Both the position numbers and the translations under genes were made by a program. 54,658 bases of DNA from Archaeoglobaceae archaeon (lineage in GTDB: Archaea; Halobacteriota; Archaeoglobi; Archaeoglobales; Archaeoglobaceae), in assembly GCA_038893835.1 (NCBI GenBank), contig JAWAQR010000007.1, forward strand, positions 1 through 54,658. The letters are read 5' to 3'. Each line of letters opens with the position of its first letter. Within the stretch, counting starts at the first letter, position 1. The notes below the pieces were generated by a model, which was not told where the DNA came from, did not search any database, and was given only the letters and a program-made list of their open reading frames with translations. This document shows, one piece after another, positions 48,535-54,658 of the stretch.

Positions 48535-49751
48535 ATGAAGTCCAGCAAAGTCTTCATTCTTTTTCTCAACCTCTCTTCCCGATTCACTTCACTAACTACC
48601 TTCTTTTCTTCCTTTATCTCTGAAATGGCAAAATGTTCTCTAACCAATTCCATTGCAGACTTTAAGCTCAGCTCATCATCCTCCTTAAGAAGTTCAAGCA
48701 GCTTTAATTCAAAATCTGAGAAAAATTCTTTTTCAGATACAATTGGAGTTACTTTTTCCACTCCTTTTCTTCTAAAACTTATTTCTGCATGCTTTATGTA
48801 TTTTAGAGCCATTTCTAATAACTTCCTCGAATCAACGTTTTCGGAACAGGAGATCCTAACGACCGCAACTGAAGAATTCTTCATGTCTCTTACAGCTTCC
48901 AAAAACTTCCTTTCAGCTTCATCTCTTCTTTCCGCATCGATCGAAACCGAGTAAAGATCTCTTGTATTAATGGGAACAAATCTTGGCCTAAAATTTTCGA
49001 CTATGCAGAAACCTTTTTCCTCTCCAGGCTTAGATTCGAGTCTTTCACCATAGAAAATGAATTTTGAAGCTTCTCGCGAATCGTATCTTTCCAAAGATCC
49101 GGGGTAAACTATGAAGGAATTTCCAATCTTCTGCATTCTGTGCATATGCACGTGACCAAAGGCATAATAATCTGCTTCTGGTAGTTGATCAATCGTCAAA
49201 TCCCAGCTCATCTCTATATCAATATCAACAACCTCCTTTACAGCCTGATGTAAGACTAGGATGCATTTTTCATTCGATTTTAGATACGGTAGAACCTTCT
49301 CGAGCTGCCATTTAGTCCTATGTCTCTCCCCTATTATTTCAAGATCTTTGAATACTCCTTTCACGAGATAAACGTTGTCAACCTTTTCGCTTGTCAAAAA
49401 ATCTCTCTCAACCTTATCCTTCCTGAAACCAAGAACGTTCAAAAGTCCCAGGTTTTCGAGCAAATGATAGGCTGAAGTTTCTCTTATGCTCTTATCATGG
49501 TTTCCCTCGATCGCGAACACCGGAATTCCGTTATTTTTGAAGATTCTCAAAACTTCTATAGCCTCCAAAAGTGTTTTTGGATTTGGAACGCTTCTGTGAA
49601 ACAAGTCTCCAGCGATTATTGCAAAATCCACACCTTCCTTAACTGCGATTTCTGCAGAAGTTTTGAAGCTTCGAAAGAAGTCTTCAGCTCTCCAAGGAAG
49701 ATTATATTGCTCATAACCAAGATGTATGTCTGCAAAGTGTGCGAACCTCAT
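48531..49751 (-). CDS. mre11: DNA double-strand break repair nuclease Mre11
   Basis: ADIHLG, AGDLF, GNHD, LHQ, GHVH, YPGSLE. Confidence 0.95.
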   Translation of the reverse strand: MRFAHFADIHLGYEQYNLPWRAEDFFRSFKTSAEIAVKEGVDFAIIAGDLFHRSVPNPKTLLEAIEVLRIFKNNGIPVFAIEGNHDKSIRETSAYHLLENLGLLNVLGFRKDKVERDFLTSEKVDNVYLVKGVFKDLEIIGERHRTKWQLEKVLPYLKSNEKCILVLHQAVKEVVDIDIEMSWDLTIDQLPEADYYAFGHVHMHRMQKIGNSFIVYPGSLERYDSREASKFIFYGERLESKPGEEKGFCIVENFRPRFVPINTRDLYSVSIDAERRDEAERKFLEAVRDMKNSSVAVVRISCSENVDSRKLLEMALKYIKHAEISFRRKGVEKVTPIVSEKEFFSDFELKLLELLKEDDELSLKSAMELVREHFAISEIKEEKKVVSEVNREERLRKRMKTLLDFI

Positions 49752-51298
49752 ATTATATCCTCCAATCTTACATCCCTCTCCTCCTTCATCCATTCCGACA
49801 CAACATCTATATCTCTGCCACCATAATTTCCCTGGAATTTCCTTATCTTTACAGCTACAGGTATTTTTACAGCCGGGCCGACTATTACAGCTTCTCCAAC
49901 ACCAAGCGAGGCTATGTCGGAAAGGAGATCTTCACTTATCTGTTCGCTAGCTTGCTGTATGTATTTTTGATCGCTTGGTTCAACAATTCTAAGGACTATC
50001 TTCGTGTTACATTGACTCAGTATATCATCGCTTATTTTTTTCGGTCTTTGGGACACTATTCCGATTCCAATTCCAAATTTTCTTCCCTCTCTTGCAATTC
50101 TGCTCATCCAAAGTGAAACGTCGCCCTTTCCGGCAAATATGTGAGCCTCCTCAAAAATTATCAACAAAGGCTTCCTTACAACTGGACAAACTCTTTCCCA
50201 ATATTCTCTGTTCTTATTCCTCAAGTAGCTGATTCTGCCAAGAAGTATGTTCCTGAGCAAATAAGCAACAACAACTCTCATCTGCTCCTCATCGAAACCG
50301 CTGAGATTGACTATGTTCAGATAACCATCCTTCAGACTTGCGAGCATGTCTCGCTGAGTTAAAAGATCTTCATACCTGCGCAGAAAAGTTAGAACATATT
50401 CCTTAACTCTATATAGCGGATTCAAGTCTTCTCTGGAAATCCTAGCTCTTCTAGTCATACCAGTCGAGTCAACGTATTTTATTTCTCCAGGAGAACTTAT
50501 CCAGTCTTCTGCGATTTCAAGTACTCTTTTTATAAAATCTGCACCGCTCAACTTTTCACTCTTAACAGTCATGAATATTCTCTCCAAATGCATTCTCTGA
50601 ACAGATGCATCTCTGTCAATGCCTACAAGGGAGCAAAATTCCCAAGGTTCAAGTCTTTCAGGTCTAATCCCTGCTGGGATTACGTTCTTCTTTTTTTCAC
50701 TGTTATCTTCAAAAACAAAGTTCACGTATTCTCCATGCGGATCTATGAGAATTACGCTGCCTCCGAACTTTTTGACTATTTCATTCGCTATTATGCAAAC
50801 AGCATTCGATTTCCCACCGCCAGTTACGGAAAGAATTGCAAAATGCCTTAAAATTAGCTGATTTAGATCGATAGAAACAGGAATTTCGCTTCTCGTGATC
50901 AGATTTCCTATGTATATCCCAGAAGAGTTTCCGAGAATTCTCTTTAAAATTTCATCACTGGCTATCCTGACTTCAGAATTCGGCTTTACAGGCACCCTGT
51001 TAGGTAAGATCTCATTTTCAACCACAACTCCGAGTATTTTTGCATTCGCAACTATTATATCATTTTTTTCAAGAACTTTTTTGGAGAGATTTATGTTCTT
51101 CAACGCGTATTCAAAGCTTATGGCTTCCTCAAGAAGTCTATTAAAGTTTGTGATATTCCTTATGATACCAAGAACTTCTTCCCCATTCCTGTTCTCCACA
51201 GTAACGTATTCTCCAAATTTTGGTACTCTTGATGGATTTACAGCAAAGCTAAATTCGTTTATCGAGCTTTCCCCTAATACGAAGCCGATCGTTTCCAC
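49748..51298 (-). CDS. herA: HerA helicase/translocase
   Basis: HAS-barrel N-terminus, RHFAILSVTGGGKS, DPHGEY, EEAH, AREGRKFG, SQRP; GTG at 51298 chosen as start. Confidence 0.95.
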   Translation of the reverse strand: METIGFVLGESSINEFSFAVNPSRVPKFGEYVTVENRNGEEVLGIIRNITNFNRLLEEAISFEYALKNINLSKKVLEKNDIIVANAKILGVVVENEILPNRVPVKPNSEVRIASDEILKRILGNSSGIYIGNLITRSEIPVSIDLNQLILRHFAILSVTGGGKSNAVCIIANEIVKKFGGSVILIDPHGEYVNFVFEDNSEKKKNVIPAGIRPERLEPWEFCSLVGIDRDASVQRMHLERIFMTVKSEKLSGADFIKRVLEIAEDWISSPGEIKYVDSTGMTRRARISREDLNPLYRVKEYVLTFLRRYEDLLTQRDMLASLKDGYLNIVNLSGFDEEQMRVVVAYLLRNILLGRISYLRNKNREYWERVCPVVRKPLLIIFEEAHIFAGKGDVSLWMSRIAREGRKFGIGIGIVSQRPKKISDDILSQCNTKIVLRIVEPSDQKYIQQASEQISEDLLSDIASLGVGEAVIVGPAVKIPVAVKIRKFQGNYGGRDIDVVSEWMKEERDVRLEDII

Positions 51299-51305
51299 AT
51301 TTTTA

Positions 51306-51953
51306 TTATTCTTCAAAAGATAAATTTTTTGCTTCAAACTTTCCTACGTAAGAGAAAAGACTCTTTCCGGTTCGGATCACCTCGGAAACAAAAGTCTGAT
51401 CTAAACCAGTCTCTTCAGAAATCTTAAATGGATCAACAACTTTGTTTACAACTGAGTAGTTCAAAACGAACTCTCTCAAACCCTCCTCATCAAGCCAGCT
51501 CCCTGAATAGAGAGGATTGAAGTCTTCCATGAAGTCTCGAAGTTTTTCAAGGCTGAGTTTTTCGAATTCGAGGTCGAATAGGGATGCATCCTTTAGAAAT
51601 CTGATCATAGCTTTCCTTAAACTTCTGGCTGTGTATTTTCTATCCTTTGGTGAGTATTTTGAGATGATTTCATCCATATCCCTTTCTTCGAGTTCAAAAG
51701 GTTTTTCTTTATCGATGGCTTCTATCATCCTGAAAGTCTCCTCATCAACTGGAGATACCCTACTTTTCCCGCCGGATAAATAAACCATGAAAATGCCCTT
51801 TTTGGACTTAAAGTCTTTTTTACTCAGATTCGCTATTTCCACCGGCTCTGCAAGTGTTGAAAGTATTAGCCTTATTAAAGCGTGATCATAACAATTCTTC
51901 CTTGAAAGGACGAGATGATGCTGGATATCGTATTCAAGACGTAGGAAATCCAT
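51306..51953 (-). CDS. Tyrosine-recombinase-fold protein, apparently catalytically inactive
   Basis: DHALIRLILSTLAEPVEIANL...D, GGKSRVSPV and YTARSLRKA echo the integrase boxes but lack the catalytic R, H and Y. Confidence 0.6.
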   Translation of the reverse strand: MDFLRLEYDIQHHLVLSRKNCYDHALIRLILSTLAEPVEIANLSKKDFKSKKGIFMVYLSGGKSRVSPVDEETFRMIEAIDKEKPFELEERDMDEIISKYSPKDRKYTARSLRKAMIRFLKDASLFDLEFEKLSLEKLRDFMEDFNPLYSGSWLDEEGLREFVLNYSVVNKVVDPFKISEETGLDQTFVSEVIRTGKSLFSYVGKFEAKNLSFEE

Positions 51954-52036
51954 GAGATCAATTCCACCTTCTGAATTTAACAATTTCTAACACAACTGAA
52001 AATTTTTATATACCTATTTTAATCAGATTTATTAGG

Positions 52037-52963
52037 GTGCAGTCTCTACTGTTGGGTAACGTGATAAGGCTTCTGAGAAAAGAAGGTTATGAATTGGTCG
52101 AGTTAGTTGACACTAAGCCTAGATGTTTTGACATAATTGCTAGAAAGGATAATCGAACTTTGCTCATCAAAGTTCTATACAACGTTGATTCCCTGAAAAT
52201 GGAAACTGCTGAGGAGATGAGAAAGATCGCCAAGCTTTTAAAAGCGATACCCTTGGTTGTTGGTGAGAAGTTCAAATTCGACTTTCTGGAAAGAAGGGTC
52301 GTTTACACACGCTATAATTTACCAGTCATAAATCTTGCAACATTTTACGATTATCTTAAAGGCGAATTGCCCTACATTTACTCCGCTCCAGGAGGATATT
52401 ATGTTAAGATTGACGCCGAAAAAATGCGAAAGGCTAGAGAAACACTTGGTATGAGCTTAGGAGCTGCGGCTAAGAAACTAGGGGTATCTAAAAGGACAGT
52501 GATGAACTACGAGGAGGGCGCTGATGCGAGTGTAGAGGTTGCGATAAAGCTCGAGGAATTGTTCGGAAACGTGATAAAAAGAATAGATTTTTCCGAATTC
52601 ATAAAAGATGATAAAGTTTATGAAAAGGGAGAAGAGGAGAATGAGATAATTTCGAAGCTAAGAGAAATTGGTATCTCTGTATACACGGTAAAGCATACAC
52701 CCTTTGATGCTATATCGAAAGTTGAAAAAAGAGAAATATTGATAGGTATAAAACAGGTTAGAGAAATCGAGAAAAGAGCTATGTTAATGGGGAAAGTATC
52801 ACAAATTATATGCACAGATGCCGCCTACATTACTGAGAGAGAGATGAAGAAGAGAATAGATTCAGTCGTTTTTGTGCATAAAGAAGAACTAGAGTCTATG
52901 CAGTCACCTGAAGACTTTATTTCCCTTATAGATGAAAAAACTGGGAGGTGTGAGAATGCTTGA
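52037..52963 (+). CDS. Archaeal Cro/C1-type HTH transcriptional regulator (COG1395-like)
   Basis: FDIIAR...LLIKVL.NVD, APGGYYV.ID, HTH MSLGAAAKKLGVSKRTV..YE, PFDA. Confidence 0.85.
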   Translation: MQSLLLGNVIRLLRKEGYELVELVDTKPRCFDIIARKDNRTLLIKVLYNVDSLKMETAEEMRKIAKLLKAIPLVVGEKFKFDFLERRVVYTRYNLPVINLATFYDYLKGELPYIYSAPGGYYVKIDAEKMRKARETLGMSLGAAAKKLGVSKRTVMNYEEGADASVEVAIKLEELFGNVIKRIDFSEFIKDDKVYEKGEEENEIISKLREIGISVYTVKHTPFDAISKVEKREILIGIKQVREIEKRAMLMGKVSQIICTDAAYITEREMKKRIDSVVFVHKEELESMQSPEDFISLIDEKTGRCENA

Positions 52964-53468
52964 ACTTTTATATCCCCTTAGAACTTATTTGATAGTTTCC
53001 GGAATTGAAAAGGTAAACGTAATGACTGCAGACTGGGTTACGCCGTTATCTTTTGAACCACCAATGCTTGGGGTTTCGATAGGGCATAAAAGATATACGA
53101 ACAAACTGATAAAGGATTTCGGTGAGTTCGTCGTTTCTGTTCCAACCATAGAACTCTTAAAAGAAGTATGGATAGCAGGAACTGTGAGCGGTGCAAGGGA
53201 AGATAAGACTTCAAAGCTTAGGCTAACTTTTATTCCTTCAAAAAAGGTAAAGGTTCCTTCGATAAAAGAGTGCCAAGCCAATCTAGAGTGTAAAGTCGTT
53301 AAAGAAGTTGAAACCGGAGATCACACTTTCTTCGTTGGAGAAATAGTTGACTTTAGCTATGGCGATGCATTCAAAGGCGGTAAACCTGATTTAAACTATC
53401 GTTTCATCATGCACGCCAGTTTTGGGAAGAACTTCACAACAAATTCAGGTGAAATATATACACCATAA
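52956..53468 (+). CDS. Flavin reductase-like FMN-binding protein
   Basis: NVMT..W..PLS.EPP, GEFVV, SG...DK, LECKV...GDHTFFVGEI. Confidence 0.9.
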   Translation: MLELLYPLRTYLIVSGIEKVNVMTADWVTPLSFEPPMLGVSIGHKRYTNKLIKDFGEFVVSVPTIELLKEVWIAGTVSGAREDKTSKLRLTFIPSKKVKVPSIKECQANLECKVVKEVETGDHTFFVGEIVDFSYGDAFKGGKPDLNYRFIMHASFGKNFTTNSGEIYTP

Positions 53469-54146
53469 AATTTTAAAATTTTTTAAAATTAGGATTTTCT
53501 CGACATCATAAAAGCTGCGGTAAAGGAGCTGAGGGTCGTCATATTTGTCTTTCAGTAAACTGAGCTCCACTTCTACCAAGTTCTTTTTGAATTCCAGTTT
53601 CTTTAATTCATCTTTAAAATTCTCCAGGAGCTGAATCGTTGAATTCAACTCTTTCCCCAATACTATCACTTTCCTATCCCAAGCTTGCAGTCCAACTATT
53701 ACTCTGTGCGAACCAGCTGACGAGTTCGTGTAGTTAGTGAGTTTGCATGCAGTATTACCTGTGGATTTATCTGCATGACAACTTGTCCTAATTTAGTATT
53801 TGAGCTGTTTGAAACTATTGGCAAACTCTTGGTTTACTACTTGGGTAATTGGAATTTTTGCAACTCTATCACTCTCCTTCGCTTCCCCTTCCTAACACCT
53901 ATTCGACGAATCTCCAAGTTACTAAAAAGCCCAATAAAACTCACATTTTTAACTTTTCTGCGAACTCAAAAGCCTGTTCTATCGAACTCAATTTTATCAA
54001 TTTCCTTTCAAGCTTTTTTCCCAATAAATATCCCTCTTAACAATACATGAACCATGACCGGTTTTCAAATTGAAATTTTTTAAGTTCAAGCATCGATTTA
54101 ATGAATCGCGCAAAATTTTAAATTTTATTATCTCACAACTAACAAG

Positions 54147-54658
54147 ATGAAGCTGGCAATCTCTGGAAAAGGAGGAGTTGGAAAAACCACGTTGGCTTCC
54201 ATATTGGCTCATTTATTTGCCAAAGATGGTTACAAAGTTACAGCAATCGACTGCGATGCTGCAATGAATTTACCTTCGGCGCTTGGAATAAAAGTAAAGC
54301 CAAAGCCACTTTCAGAGCTAAAGGATATAATAGAGGAGCGCGTTTTAATGCCTTTAGGAACTTACAGGCTAAATCCAAAAGTTGACGATATATTTGAGAC
54401 TTATTCTGTTTATAATGAGGATGGTGTAAGAGTATTGGTTCTCGGAACGATAGAAAAGGGTGGGGAGGGATGTTTTTGTCCTGAAAATGCATTTCTTAGA
54501 GCAATTCTAAGACATGCAATTTTCAGGGAAAAGGATGTCCTCATTCTCGACATGGAAGCCGGTATTGAGCATCTCGGCAGGGGGACTGCTAGAGGAGTGG
54601 ACCTGCTGATCGCAGTTGTTGAACCTGGAAGTAGGGCGATTGAGACTTTGGAAAGGAT
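54147..54658 (+). CDS. cooC: CO dehydrogenase/ACS nickel-insertion ATPase CooC (runs off the window end)
   Basis: Manual translation MKLAISGKGGVGKTT...IDCD...NPKVDD...GEGCFCPEN...DMEAGIEHLGRGT. Confidence 0.92.
   Translation, partial: MKLAISGKGGVGKTTLASILAHLFAKDGYKVTAIDCDAAMNLPSALGIKVKPKPLSELKDIIEERVLMPLGTYRLNPKVDDIFETYSVYNEDGVRVLVLGTIEKGGEGCFCPENAFLRAILRHAIFREKDVLILDMEAGIEHLGRGTARGVDLLIAVVEPGSRAIETLER

Noticed and set aside
51306-51953. Integrase marking an integrated mobile element
   Set aside because: Catalytic residues are absent, no att repeats or cargo are visible, and the flanks are core genes
1-54658. CRISPR arrays, rRNA genes, IS elements, defence systems
   Set aside because: No regularly spaced repeats, rRNA or transposases were seen; HerA here belongs to the housekeeping repair operon rather than a defence pair

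Overview
Densely packed archaeal chromosome segment, most consistent with an Archaeoglobaceae member. This is an inference from gene content and order: ftr, cofC, cooC, a fused AhbAB-like gene, a DUF22 repeat protein, and KaiC-family genes next to a ferredoxin and a PfkB kinase. Most genes are housekeeping: a porGDAB-type oxidoreductase operon, an argC-rps19e-rpl39e-rpl31e-eIF6-LX-prefoldin-ftsY-cofC cluster, a liv ABC transporter, cdc6, ftr, aIF2alpha-nop10-PAC2, map, purP, herA-mre11-rad50-nurA and a partial cooC, plus tRNA-Val(CAC) and tRNA-Ser(CGA). No CRISPR array, rRNA or intact mobile element was seen. The most notable observations are: (1) a phaE-phaC class III-type polyhydroxyalkanoate synthase pair with an intact catalytic triad and no neighbouring monomer-supply genes; (2) a catalytically dead tyrosine-recombinase-fold protein leading the HerA-Mre11-Rad50-NurA operon; (3) a single-hairpin H/ACA guide RNA with a predicted 16S rRNA target; (4) an S-adenosylhomocysteine hydrolase paralogue lacking its active-site histidines; (5) a four-gene KaiC-like cluster mixing active and inactive ATPases; (6) a triple-repeat DUF22 protein preceded by a palindromic operator candidate; (7) a homopolymer frameshift in a DUF1624 gene. 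All calls come from motif reading by eye; no searches were run.
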